A DNA stretch of 55,902 bases from Octopus bimaculoides (Eukaryota): positions 14,238,812-14,294,713 of the forward strand of contig NC_068998.1 of the NCBI RefSeq assembly GCF_001194135.2, in the 5' to 3' direction. The notes beneath the pieces are model-generated. The model was not told the origin of the DNA. It did not search any database and saw only the letters and a program-made list of their open reading frames with translations. The translations under genes and the position numbers were made by a program. How positions within the stretch are numbered: position 1 is the first letter of the stretch; the number at the start of each line of letters is the position of its first letter. Positions 40,313 through 53,725 of this stretch are shown here, in pieces.

Positions 40313-41125
40313 AAGTGAGCTGGCAGAAGCGTTAGCGCACCGGACACAACACTTAACGGTATTTCGTCTGGCGTTACGTTCTGAGTTCAAATTCCGCCGA
40401 GGTCGACTTTGCCTTTCATCCTTTCCGGGTCGATAAATTAAGTACCAGTTACGCACTGGGTCGATGTAATCGCCTTAATCTGTTCGTCTGTTCTTGTTTG
40501 TTCCCTCTATGTTTAGCCCCTTGTGGGCAATAACGAAATAGAAATAGGTATTTCGTCAGTCTTTATTTTCTGAGTTCAAATTCCGTCGAGGTCGACTTTG
40601 CCTTTCATCCTTCGGAGTCGATAAATTAAGTACCAGCTGCGTACTAGGGTCGATCTAATCGACTTAATCCCCTCCCAAAAGTTTCGGGCCTTGTTCCTAG
40701 AGTAGAAAAGAATACCTAGCGGTCTTCAAGGCGGCGAACTGGCAGAGTCGTTAGCACGCCGGGCGAAATGCTTAGCGGTATTTCGTCTGCCGTTACGTTC
40801 TGAGTTCAAATTCCGCCGAGGTCCACTTTACCTTTCATCCTTTCGCGGTCGATTAAGTAAGTACCAGTTACGCACTGGGGTCGATGTAATTGACTTAATC
40901 TATTTGTCCCCTCTATGTTTAGCCCCCTGTGGGCAATATAGAAATAAATACTTAACGGCATTCTATCGGTCTTTATGTTCTGAGTTCAAATTCGGCTGAG
41001 GTTGAGTTTGCCTTTTATCCTTTCCTGAATCGAGAAAATAGGTACCAGTTGTGCACTGGGGTCGATATAATCGACTTATCCCCACCCCCGAATCTGATGG
41101 CCTCGAGTCAAAATTTGAAACCAGC
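40313..41125 (+). mobile_element. Head-to-tail array of four family A SINE units (dimer repeated twice)
   Basis: Units lie at about 40313-40546, 40547-40714, 40728-40948 and 40949-41125. Each has gagttcaaatt...gcctttcatcc...gtaccag. Units 2 and 4 lack the A box and have the short tail. Confidence 0.9.
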
Positions 41126-41660
41126 ATTTATGCATGAAAAGTTATTTAATACCAGGCCTGCACCGATAACGTGGATCTATGATTATAAGCAATCCAATAC
41201 GGACCACCCTGTCTTTTTGTTAGTTATAGTGTATCTAAGATGCGCATTAGGAGGAAAATTTGGCTGCTATTATTATTTTTTGGCTGTTCGAACGACCGCT
41301 TACAAGCCTGCTTTTTTGATTTGATATTTGTGTGAGCGAGTAAAGACAAAGAGGCGGAAGAGAAGTGTGGGAGTGAAAGGTGGTCACTGATTACTTTTTT
41401 CCTCTTATTCTATAATCCATATGATGTCCAAAGCAGATTCCAACAAAGATTTCATCGAAGATCAGTTCCTCCTCAGCGCCAAATGTGGTTTGCTTTTTTT
41501 CTGATTGGAAAATATATGATTGCCTCGGGAGATCGGTTTCAATTTTGTATCAGCTTATGCACATATATACATACATGTATACATGCTTAAACAAGTATAC
41601 CAACCACATATAATATATATTACTGTAATTTATATACATACACACACACACACATATAAT

Positions 41661-41696
<36 letters not shown>

Positions 41697-42195
41697 TGTG
41701 TACACACATACACACACATTAACACACACACACGCACAACACGCAAGCATACGTCCTCGCATAGACAAATACACATCTGTCTACCTCGATTCATTACATA
41801 CAACATACATGCATACACCGATACACAAACACACACGCACACACTCATATTTACACATGCATACACCCCACACATTCATGTATGTACGCATGCACATACA
41901 ATTTTTGCAATATAATCTGATTCTTCTTGTATTATCTGCTTTCTGCAGAAGACAGTAATATAGGTATTCTTGCGATTAACCTCTATGAAATGACACGGAA
42001 TCTCACAGAAGACGAGAATTACTGTGCAATTTTGGTGGAATATCAGTCGCAAAGATATTTACTGCATTGTTTTTTTTTTTATATATGGCAATACTATCCG
42101 TAGAACGTTTAGTTGTTTGAGAGCTAAGTAACTTAAAACAACTGGCTAATGTCTTTTGCACTGATAATATTTTCTTCAAACATTTCAATATACAG

Positions 42196-42288
42196 CTGCA
42201 AATGCGCTACTTGGACATATCGTCAATGTTGTAGCCTGGCATCATTCTGGAATTTCGAGTCTTACAACATCCAGTCGATCCGACTCAG
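42196..42288 (+). CDS. Candidate internal exon, product unknown
   Basis: It is bounded by atttcaatatacag| and CAG|gttaat and is 93 bp long. The phase 1-1 frame reads ANALLGHIVNVVAWHHSGISSLTTSSRSDS. A second frame is also open. Confidence 0.22.
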
Positions 42289-42696
42289 GTTAATCATATC
42301 TGTGTTTGTGTCCAAGTGGCACTTGCCGACCCGCAGTTTCTAGATTGTCTTTGAAGGCTCTACTTCCATCCACTCTTACCTATGATTCCATAGGTAAGAA
42401 CACAGTTCTCTATTTATTATAACAGTCCTGGCACTTAGCTCTCATGTGCCTCCTTCATTCTCTTTTCTCCTGGTACAGTTATTAGCCCTAGGCCAGGTCT
42501 AATTTAGTAGAGCTGTGATGGAGGGCATTTCGACCGATCCCGTTTTTTCTTTAGTCACAAAGTTGCAAGGGTTACGTTTGTTCAATAGGCGATCCCTTTT
42601 CAAATAGATATTAAGAGTATGCCGTTTGGAGAGGAGTTTGACATCTAATTTTAGCTTGTTAAGCTACCACGTACAAGATTATTTGCATGCCCAAAA

Positions 42697-42733
<37 letters not shown>

Positions 42734-42773
42734 AACATATATATATATATACAAACATATATATATACATACA

Positions 42774-43017
<244 letters not shown>

Positions 43018-43484
43018 TGAGAGTATTACTCACTGAAAGTCATCCGTGTGTATCTCAATATATCTATGCGGAGCATCGCTCAAGGTGACTGCGCAATAAA
43101 TAGTGATATGCAATTATATATACCACTCGATATACGATTGCATGTATACGTAAGAAGTTTAAAGTGAAGAAGAAATGAAGAACAGTGTACAAATCTCTGA
43201 CACACCATATAACAGAAATATACGTGCTACTACTCTCTAACAGCTCTCTTCAGTGATAAACATTGAGTTTTATAATCATTTACTTCATCAGGCCGGATCG
43301 GAAAGGCAATATAAAGAGTCTATGGCAGTCAATCACGTTAGCATAGACTGAAAAAAAGAGAAATTCTGGGACGAACTAATGTATCGAAGTATGTGTGGGT
43401 TTATATCCGGTGGCTCAAATAAAGCGTTTCTAGATAGTAAATACTTCCAAAAGTGTTCCACATAGATTTAAATTCATAATGGCA

Positions 43485-43557
<73 letters not shown>

Positions 43558-44559
43558 NNNNNNNNNNNNNNNNNNNNNNNNNNNNNNNNNNNNNNNNNNN
43601 NNNNNNNNNNNNNNNNNNNNNNNNNNNNNNNNNNNNNNNNNNNNNTATATATATATATATATATGTATATGTGTGTGTCTGTGATTGTGTTACTGTCCGT
43701 GCTCGGGTTATGTTTGTCGGTGCATGATCGCTGTCAATGCATAACTTGGAAGTTCTGACAGAGATCGATAAAACATGTACTATAATGAGATAAGTATCTA
43801 GATTCATATCTAGATTCATTGAATATTGCAGTCCTATGAGTGAAAACAGTAAAAGAAGTGGGGGGCAAGAAGCAAATTAGAATCAAAGTAAACTCCTGGT
43901 GATCAGCGTCTGTGAGAAGTAGCTAATAACTGTAGTAAATTAAGATAAGTGCATGTGCAGAGAAGAGATATAATGTCAGACGCTTGCAACATAAAAACCC
44001 CAGCGGAGTCAGTTAACTTAACTCGGTAATGACTTGCGAAAGCTGTCTGTTTTAGATTGAAGCACAAAGGATTTTACATATTTTGTAAACTAAATATTCC
44101 TGCTTAAAAATGTTGTTACTGTATGGTCATCAATCTTCGTTTTAGAACATATAACTCTTGAAGTGGAATTAAGTTTCATTTCAGCTAAGAAGCCTATAAC
44201 GACAGTTTATGTAGCAATCTCTGGAGAAGGGAATGGAAAACATTGCAGTATTTGATGCTTTGAGTCACTGCATGATCACGAAAAGTCATATTCCTAGAAT
44301 TCAATGCCTTAAAGGATCATTTATCAAAATGTCTATAGTAACACAAACACTGTAAAACATAAATCTATACACACACAAAGGCCAAAAGTAAGCATCATAG
44401 TATCAATTGTTAAAATGATGTCTTTCCTCCCAATGTTTTCAGTACTGTAGCTGGATATTAATATAGTCACTGACTGTATGGTTACTTAGGGACTTTGCTC
44501 TATATGGAACTTAGGTCATCGATGACTTTCTTCCATTTTTGTTTCCTTCAGACATGATC

Positions 44560-44795
44560 TGTCCACCCCACTGAGGAAAGATCTTCCTATTACATGTCTT
44601 GTTGGTTTTCAGCTGTCATCAGTTGCCTTTTTCTTAAGTAGGAATAATGGCCTTACGAAAACCCTTTTCCCTCCTCTGAGGAAAGGTGGTCTATATTAGT
44701 CTGGCTTCTATTATTTGATCTGTCCAGCATGGAAGGCCCACAATAGTGGTTGTGATCCACTGGTTTGGCTTTCATGGTCACTGAGGTGCACAAAT
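44560..44795 (-). mobile_element. Possible RTE-clade LINE 5' region remnant
   Basis: The minus-strand sequence gggccttccatgctggacagatcaaataatagaagccagactaa resembles RTE 5' leader sequence as recalled. This was not verified by alignment. Confidence 0.35.
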
Positions 44796-45099
44796 CACGA
44801 GGCTGCAAATGGGGGATGAACCCTGTGGTGGACTGATAATGATATCAATTCCCGTAAACCGCTTAAATTTAAACTCCACCTCATGTCTCACCAACGACGC
44901 TCGTCCCGCTGTCCTATGGTTCACACTTTTCTCTCTCACTGTAATAGTTTGTTTCCATAATCTTCCTGAGGTTGGTGAAGTGATGACAATAGTTATCAGT
45001 TAACTGGATTAGAAAGCATATCTTTCTCGTAAATAAAACAAACACACAAATACATGTTTCTATTGACTGGCTAGGATAAATCCTTGAAGAGAAAATATT

Positions 45100-45660
45100 G
45101 AAGAGTTTAGTGTGGGCAGAAACTGGAAGGCAATACAAGGGGCATCATTAATATCAGTCGACTTCTTGAGATGAAGTGATAAGAGATATTTATGATGGTG
45201 CATGCTGGTAATATAAATGGGTGTGAAGAAGGAGAGCTTGCAGGAATTTTAGGGAAACTCTCAGAGAATACGGTAGATTTATCTGTGGATGTGCAACTTG
45301 GATGTTTGTCTTTATCGAGAAGTATCGAATTGACGGTCAATGGTGAGTTTGCAGCGGTCTTTTTAGGTAAGTATCAGGAAGTCCTCTTACAATTTCGAAA
45401 GTTCTGAATTAGAAGTACGAAAGATGTCAAGAATATTTAAGGCTGGAAGTCTATGCTAGTCATTGTTGTTGGTGGACGAGGTTAGCAAATCATTTGGCTT
45501 CTGCACCAAATAGAAGCATAGCTGAAGAGGGTAAAGGCTGGATTCAAACTCTTCATCTATGTACTGAAATCACCATACATAATGTCCCATATGAAATCAT
45601 TGTAGATGATATTAAAGAAAACTGAATTGAGATAGATGATCTCAATGTCACATGAGATTG
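45100..45660 (-). mobile_element. Decayed LINE fragment, apurinic-like (APE) endonuclease region (CR1/L2/Jockey-like)
   Basis: The minus strand has IMYGDFS (45563-45583), then QMI and NILDIFRTSNSE (about 45400-45437). These match the order of the GDFN...QLV...LDLFLTS motifs. There are many stops. Confidence 0.55.
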
Positions 45661-46366
45661 GATCAACTATCTGTAGTTATCTACAAAAGTATGCATGTGT
45701 GTGAGTATGTGTTCTTGTGGGAGCGTGTATATTTGTGGTTGTTTCTTGGGGTTATTAAATGTCGTCAACTTTATGCACTTGTTTATTATACAAAGTGCAA
45801 ATGCTAATTAATAGCATTGCAATAAATTAATCGAATTTATTTCCTTTACGCAAGATATTTATTCCCTTTCATCGATACATATACCTCACTCGATCAATAC
45901 GTTACCAGTATTGATTCTTGAAGGTAGACGAATCGTAGACGCAATGACTTCAAAGTTTTCTTAAATGATTAGAATAAACAGTAAACTCTGAGAAATTGTC
46001 AACAAAATTGATATAAATATTATACTCTACGCAGGAATTGAGTAAAGTAAAGGTAAAGATAAAGTTACCTTCTCGTGTCATGTCGGCTCATAAGGTCTGG
46101 TTTCCCGGTTTCCATGGCGTATAATATTTCATTTCTTTTTCTAATTAATTATTCTAATATATGGTGATATATGTATAAATAACTGTGTGTATTTTTCCCT
46201 TGTTAACAATTAACACGGAAAGAATAGATAAATATTTACCAGGGTAGCAAAAAATCACACAAGTAAAAAGTCGTAACTCCTTGTTTTTTAAAGGTAGAAA
46301 ATCCGGGTTTATGTGAAATATCTTGTATAATATATATATAAATAAATAGAGTTAAACGCAGGTGTT

Positions 46367-46559
46367 ATTCAAATTCTTTTACTTCCGACACATGTTTCGA
46401 AGATATCACTGGTATTATTCCAAAGGAATAAAATGGTGTAAAACAATGTAATCTTCTCTTCAGGGAAATGAAGATTACATTGTTTTACACCATTCTATTC
46501 CTTTGGAATAATACCAGTGATATCTTCGAAACATGTGTCGGAACTAAAAGAATTTGAAT
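46367..46559. repeat. Near-perfect fold-back palindrome running into an N gap
   Basis: Arms 46367-46456 and 46470-46559 are reverse complements with 2 mismatches in about 90 bp. The 13-nt spacer is tcttcagggaaat. Confidence 0.95.
46381..46469 (-). ncRNA. Type I hammerhead ribozyme motif (Penelope/retrozyme type), long stem II
   Basis: The minus strand reads ATTTCC-CTGAAGA-GAAGATTACATTG...CAGTGATATCTTC-GAAAC-ATGT-GTC-GGAAGT. The CUGANGA and GAAA cores are intact. Stem I is ATTTCC/GGAAGT, stem II starts GAAGAT/ATCTTC, and stem III is AC/GT. The GUC cleavage triplet predicts a cut between 46387 and 46386. Confidence 0.85.
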
Positions 46560-47323
46560 NNNNNNNNNNNNNNNNNNNNNNNNNNNNNNNNNNNNNNNNN
46601 NNNNNNNNNNNNNNNNNNNNNNNNNNNNNNNNNNNNNNNNNNNNNNNNNNNNNNNNNNNNNNNNNNNNNNNNNNNNNNNNNNNNNNNNNNNNNNNNNNNN
46701 NNNNNNNNNNNNNNNNNNNNNNNNNNNNNNNNNNNNNNNNNNNNNNNNNNNNNNNNNNNNNNNNNNNNNNNNNNNNNNNNNNNNNNNNNNNNNNNNNNNN
46801 NNNNNNNNNNNNNNNNNNNNNNNNNNNNNNNNNNNNNNNNNNNNNNNNNNNNNNNNNNNNNNNNNNNNNNNNNNNNNNNNNNNNNNNNNNNNNNNNNNNN
46901 NNNNNNNNNNNNNNNNNNNNNNNNNNNNNNNNNNNNNNNNNNNNNNNNNNNNNNNNNNNNNNNNNNNNNNNNNNNNNNNNNNNNNNNNNNNNNNNNNNNN
47001 NNNNNNNNNNNNNNNNNNNNNNNNNNNNNNNNNNNNNNNNNNNNNNNNNNNNNNNNNNNNNNNNNNNNNNNNNNNNNNNNNNNNNNNNNNNNNNNNNNNN
47101 NNNNNNNNNNNNNNNNNNNNNNNNNNNNNNNNNNNNNNNNNNNNNNNNNNNNNNNNNNNNNNNNNNNNNNNNNNNNNNNNNNNNNNNNNNNNNNNNNNNN
47201 NNNNNNNNNNNNNNNNNNNNNNNNNNNNNNNNNNNNNNNNNNNNNNNNNNNNNNNNNNNNNNNNNNNNNNNNNNNNNNNNNNNNNNNNNNNNNNNNNNNN
47301 NNNNNNNNNNNNNNNNNNNNNNN

Positions 47324-47370
<47 letters not shown>

Positions 47371-47377
47371 CATATAT

Positions 47378-47534
47378 ACGACGGGTTTCTTTCAGTTTCC
47401 GTCTTCCAAATCCACTCACAGGGCTTTGGTCGGCCCGAGGCTATAGTACAAGACACTTGCCCAAGATGCCACGCAGTGGGACTGAACCCGTGGCTGGTAA
47501 GCAAGCTACTTACCTCACAGCCACTCCTGCGCCT
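47378..47534 (-). mobile_element. Family B SINE head, followed on the minus strand by (TA)n(TG)n
   Basis: It is the reverse complement of the 21373-21531 sequence: acgacgggtttctttcagtttcc...cttgcccaagatgccacgcagtgggactgaaccc...cagccactcctgcgcct. Confidence 0.88.
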
Positions 47535-48776
47535 AAACATCGTCTAATAATTTACCATATGTTTTTGTTGTGCATTCATCCGCGTTTAACTTATCTCTTC
47601 TTTTATCTGAATTTTTGTATGTAGGGCATTTGTGCATGAACTCATATATTGCCCGTTTTTCTATTTTCTCTTAATATTTCCTCTTAATTCATTCTAAATA
47701 TCGTAGTACCACTTAAATCTTCATATACTCACCATTTATCTTCTAATTAAATTATAGTTTTAATTAATTTACTTAGGTTAGTAAATCAACCATACTTAGT
47801 TTTATATCTGTGTATATGTGTGTTTGCGTGTGTATGTTAGTGTTTGTACATGTGTATGTGTGTATATATGTATATATATATATATNNNNNNNNNNNNNNN
47901 NNNNNNNNNNNNNNNNNNNNNNNNNNNNNNNNNNNNNNNNNNNNNNNNNNNNNNNNNNNNNNNNNNNNNNNNNNNNNNNNNNNNNNNNNNNNNNNNNNNN
48001 NNNNNNNNNNNNNNNNNNNNNNNNNNNNNNNNNNNNNNNNNNNNNNNNNNNNNNNNNNNNNNNNNNNNNNNNNNNNNNNNNNNNNNNNNNNNNNNNNNNN
48101 NNNNNNNNNNNNNNNNNNNNNNNNNNNNNNNNNNNNNNNNNNNNNNNNNNNNNNNNNNNNNNNNNNNNNNNNNNNNNNNNNNNNNNNNNNNNNNNNNNNN
48201 NNNNNNNNNNNNNNNNNNNNNNNNNNNNNNNNNNNNNNNNNNNNNNNNNNNNNNNNNNNNNNNNNNNNNNNNNNNNNNNNNNNNNNNNNNNNNNNNNNNN
48301 NNNNNNNNNNNNNNNNNNNNNNNNNNNNNNNNNNNNNNNNNNNNNNNNNNNNNNNNNNNNNNNNNNNNNNNNNNNNNNNNNNNNNNNNNNNNNNNNNNNN
48401 NNNNNNNNNNNNNNNNNNNNNNNNNNNNNNNNNNNNNNNNNNNNNNNNNNNNNNNNNNNNNNNNNNNNNNNNNNNNNNNNNNNNNNNNNNNNNNNNNNNN
48501 NNNNNNNNNNNNNNNNNNNNNNNNNNNNNNNNNNNNNNNNNNNNNNNNNNNNNNNNNNNNNNNNNNNNNNNNNNNNNNNNNNNNNNNNNNNNNNNNNNNN
48601 NNNNNNNNNNNNNNNNNNNNNNNNNNNNNNNNNNNNNNNNNNNNNNNNNNNNNNNNNNNNNNNNNNNNNNNNNNNNNNNNNNNNNNNNNNNNNNNNNNNN
48701 NNNNNNNNNNNNNNNNNNNNNNNNNNNNNNNNNNNNNNNNNNNNNNNNNNNNNNNNNNNNNNNNNNNNNNNNNNNN

Positions 48777-48829
<53 letters not shown>

Positions 48830-49613
48830 AGAAAAGCACACACGCGATTGCACACAAATATATTTATACGTAAATACATATATATATAAATATATATGCG
48901 CGTGTGTGCACGTGTGTGTGCGTGCGTGTATGAGTGTGTCTATGTGTGTGTAATCTTTAAAGATTATATTTCTGCTCTAAAGGCATTAACCAGAATTTGA
49001 ACTTATTTTCTAAAATTCTATTTTTGTCAAAATTTATCTCACTAGCCTGTAAACATTTGTAGCATATAAACAGAACCATAACCTTATCACATACGCAAAA
49101 ACATAAGCCTTACACTCACAGAGAAAAAAATATATATACATACATACATGTATATCTATCTATATATATATATACGTGTTTGTGCGTTTGTATATATATT
49201 GCGCTCGCCAGTATTTTGTCGTAGATATTACATTACACCCCTTAGAGCATTATGCATAAATTTTATTTTATTTCTTAGAATTCTCTTTACGCCGAAAATT
49301 AATTGTGGGACCCGTAAACACAGTATGTTTGATAGTTCGATAACCTACAAGGTTATGCATGTTTATACGAACACAGACATTTACGCACGCATAAATACAT
49401 GTGCACACGTAAACACATACGCACACAAATATACCATACTGATTTGAGCGATTGGCTCACGGTCACAAGGTCGTAGTTTCAGTTTCTGGATCGGAGACCT
49501 CTTTGTGTCTTGGAGCTAGGCATTTCATTTGATGTTGCTACAATTATTACATTCATTTAAAATCAGTCTTCTCCTATGAAAATGATAATCAGCCAAATTC
49601 TGGCGCAGCCGCC

Positions 49614-49656
<43 letters not shown>

Positions 49657-49657
49657 C

Positions 49658-49706
<49 letters not shown>

Positions 49707-50185
49707 TTATCTACATATACAGATGTAACCATTCATATGTAGATTAGGGATACATTATGAAGTAAATTACCGTTAGATTTCTGATATTCGAAGAAGAAGC
49801 TAGTGCCAGATTGCAGATCACACTACATACGTTTATTTGTTTCTATTTCTTCTTAATATCCCATTTAGTTTTAGTTTACTTTTATCGAAACATACGTAAA
49901 AAATGTAAATAGTAAATATTTATAAAATAAAGATAATAAGCTTAAATTTAAGTAATAAACTTAAATTATAGAAGGGGGAAAAAAAAAACTAGAATTGTAT
50001 TACTGCATAATGCCAATTTGAATATTTCCTTTCTTTTTTTATCTATTCATTCAACTTGTCAATTTGCACAAAGAAACTTAACTTTAAATGGCACAAAAAG
50101 TGAAAAACAACGAAACATTATTGCGATAATAGTTAATTGATCGAAAATAGTATATATTCGCGTGTCTACGTATGTGTGTGGTGTC

Positions 50186-50259
<74 letters not shown>

Positions 50260-51248
50260 GCATACACATATATATGCATATATATATATATATATATANN
50301 NNNNNNNNNNNNNNNNNNNNNNNNNNNNNNNNNNNNNNNNNNNNNNNNNNNNNNNNNNNNNNNNNNNNNNNNNNNNNNNNNNNNNNNNNNNNNNNNNNNN
50401 NNNNNNNNNNNNNNNNNNNNNNNNNNNNNNNNNNNNNNNNNNNNNNNNNNNNNNNNNNNNNNNNNNNNNNNNNNNNNNNNNNNNNNNNNNNNNNNNNNNN
50501 NNNNNNNNNNNNNNNNNNNNNNNNNNNNNNNNNNNNNNNNNNNNNNNNNNNNNNNNNNNNNNNNNNNNNNNNNNNNNNNNNNNNNNNNNNNNNNNNNNNN
50601 NNNNNNNNNNNNNNNNNNNNNNNNNNNNNNNNNNNNNNNNNNNNNNNNNNNNNNNNNNNNNNNNNNNNNNNNNNNNNNNNNNNNNNNNNNNNNNNNNNNN
50701 NNNNNNNNNNNNNNNNNNNNNNNNNNNNNNNNNNNNNNNNNNNNNNNNNNNNNNNNNNNNNNNNNNNNNNNNNNNNNNTATATATATATATATATATATG
50801 TATATACTAACAAATTTGTAACTTTTTTCGAGAAATTATGTGTATTATGCATGTAAATATGTGTGCGAGTATGTATGCGCACATGTGTGTGTGTGTGCGT
50901 GTGTGTGTGTGCGTGTGTGTGTGTACGTGTGTGTGTGTGTGTGTGTGTTTGAGCGGTTATATATAATATGCGTGGCGTAGACAATTTATTGGCAGACAGA
51001 TCAAAAGAAATATAAAAAAAAATAATGAAATAGTTAAAGCGACAAAGTTTTGTAGGTTAGGTTGAAGTGCGTGTGTGTCTTATTGTAATATTTCTGCTCG
51101 TGTATATTTGTATGTGCACATCTATGCACAAATGTACGCATCTATGCACAAATACATACATAGATATTCAGACATTGGCCATCATACGCACGCAACTACA
51201 CACACGGCAACAATTGCACAAATTAAAAGAATATATATATGTATGTGC

Positions 51249-51280
<32 letters not shown>

Positions 51281-51376
51281 GATGTTTGTAAATGCACGTT
51301 AAAGCACTTATATCCAATATTTAGAACTCTATGCGAATAGAATGTATCTTGTTTTAGCGAAATATCTTGTCTTTGG

Positions 51377-51410
<34 letters not shown>

Positions 51411-52932
51411 AAAAACAAGGCTAGGTATTTATATTAAGAAATTATTTATATATAACATTTTATAGTATCTCTTCACGTGCTTCAGTGACATTATATGTAT
51501 GGTTTATATAATTACTGATCATGTAAGGAAATCCTTTATACACATATATTTATTTATATACACATGTGCACATACACACACACATTCACACACACATTCA
51601 CACACACATTCACACACACATTCACACACACATACATGTCGATAAATGCATACATATATGCATGTATGGAAATTATGTCTCTGTGTGTATGTCTAAGTGT
51701 GTGTATTTGCAATTTGTATTACTTTAACAACTTCCCTCTAAATTGCTTATACGGAACATAATTTAATTGCAAACGGATAAGAACAGGGCTAATCTGAGAG
51801 TAACTGTGAGAAGCTTAATGAAGCAATGAAGCAATGAAGTGGAACAGATATGCAAAATGTCTTGACCTGCATGGAAGTAGCATCGTAAAAGAGCCCCTAT
51901 GACATCTATTTGGGTATTTTGTATCGTATAATATCTGCAGTTAGGTACGTTGAGAAACTCTTCATCGAATTATCGAAAAAGTATTTCCTAGTGGTTTGAT
52001 TACCATAGCAATTCGTGAAGCCAATGATGTATCTAATCATTCTTGACATATTCCGGCGGATATGAACATGAACATGTTTATTGCTGTTGTATAGCGCTTT
52101 TGGAGAACGTCTCCAGGTGATATTCTGATTTAAGCCCCCCACCCCCATATAACCCCTCATAACTTTATCTTTTGGAATTTTCAGAAAACTTTTATGAATT
52201 TATGTTCTATACGCGGAAATTCATACGATTATGCAAAAAAAAAAAAATTTAAACATCTCCCCTCGCCCCGGAAATCCTAAAAGAGCACTCTTTTTCGAAT
52301 TGCTTTAAGAGTTTAAAATATTGACACTCCGAAGTTTTTGCTTAAATCCAGCAATGGACCACTCTTCGGTGTATCGTCATTCCATTATATGTGTTTATGG
52401 GGAAAAAATATTGAAAAACATCAATACATGTCCGAGTGACAAAGAAACGTGGGTGTCAGCCGGTTCTGAGATGTGCGAAAAATAACAGCTAAATCGCCTT
52501 TAAACTACACACATAGACACAGTTTTCGTGTGTAAAACCCAAATTCATAAAAATGTTCTGAAAATACCAAAAATATAAAGAAGTTATTTGGGGTTATATG
52601 GGATGCATAAATATGAATTCTGCCCATCTCCCTGCAATGACATAAAGCTTCAGTGACATATGTGGACTTTGAGATTGTTATTTCTCAAGCTACTGCTATC
52701 TAACACCTTCGGATGATCTCTACTCAACCGCTACTCAACACTCTACCACGGCCAGACTACCTCTATTTATATGTCTTGGGAGATCCTACTTCTTCGCTTG
52801 GCGGCGTCGACACAACAGAGATGTTGGTGTAATGCATGTTCACGTTCGAATCTGCTCTAACACGTTAACAATGAATAGTCACGTCATTGTTTTGGTCCTC
52901 GCTGCTTGGTTTCTTCGTAATAGTTTGAAATA

Positions 52933-53153
52933 CGAGGAGGTGCTGAAAAGTTCTTGGCTTCGGGTAGAAGATAATACTGGAGGATCAGTTAATTATGATT
53001 TTATTTAACATATTACCCTCTCAGATTCACACAATTATTGCAGCGGTAACTTTATTTTTTTTTCTAAGCCATATAAAAGAACTCGGAAGGTTGGGCCGTC
53101 AGCCAAGCCTTTCGCAACACCCTTAAATCCAGAAACTTTTCAGCACACCCCTG
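52933..53153 (-). mobile_element. Mariner-derived MITE (internally deleted, both TIRs present)
   Basis: The TIRs are (ta)cgaggaggtgctgaaaagttcttggctt and aatccagaaacttttcagcacacccctg. The minus-strand interior retains the transposase C-terminal sequence ...aattgtgtgaatctgagagggtaatatgttaaataa. Confidence 0.8.
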
Positions 53154-53576
53154 TTCACGAAGATCTAAGGTAACCGAAATATCCAAGGCATATATTGTTC
53201 AACACTAATCCGTTCAAAATTCAGTGAATTTTGGGATCTTCTAGAAGTAGGTCATACACAGACTATCAGAGTATACTCGAACAAGCAAGGCTCTATAATA
53301 AAAGAGATATATACTTGTGAACAGAAATTTATAAAGAACTAATTTAAAGCATGTATGTGACGTGATTGATTTGGTGACAGGAGATATAAAAATTTAAGCG
53401 TTTGTTAGTGGAACATATTCCCGCTAACTTTATCATTAAGTTAAATTAATTTCCTTGTTTCTGAAAAGTTTCTAATCATATAATATATTAAAAATTTATG
53501 TTTTCATATCACGGAACAATATTCTCCTTAATTTTGTTACTAAATTAATTTATCTGCTTTTATATATATGTATGTA

Positions 53577-53616
<40 letters not shown>

Positions 53617-53725
53617 CATATGTAAGTACAATAAGATATGATATAATAATATATTGAAAATAGAATGCATATATTACAATATAGGTGGCTCGTTAGCAAT
53701 TACAACCTAAAGACAAGTTAATGAA

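Noticed and set aside
40313-41125. CRISPR-like or satellite array
   Set aside because: The units are 170-230 bp SINE copies, not short repeats with unique spacers, and the context is eukaryotic.
51890-52460. Possible non-autonomous DNA transposon or Helitron-like repeat
   Set aside because: It looks repeat-like, but no termini, TSD or coding motif could be identified.
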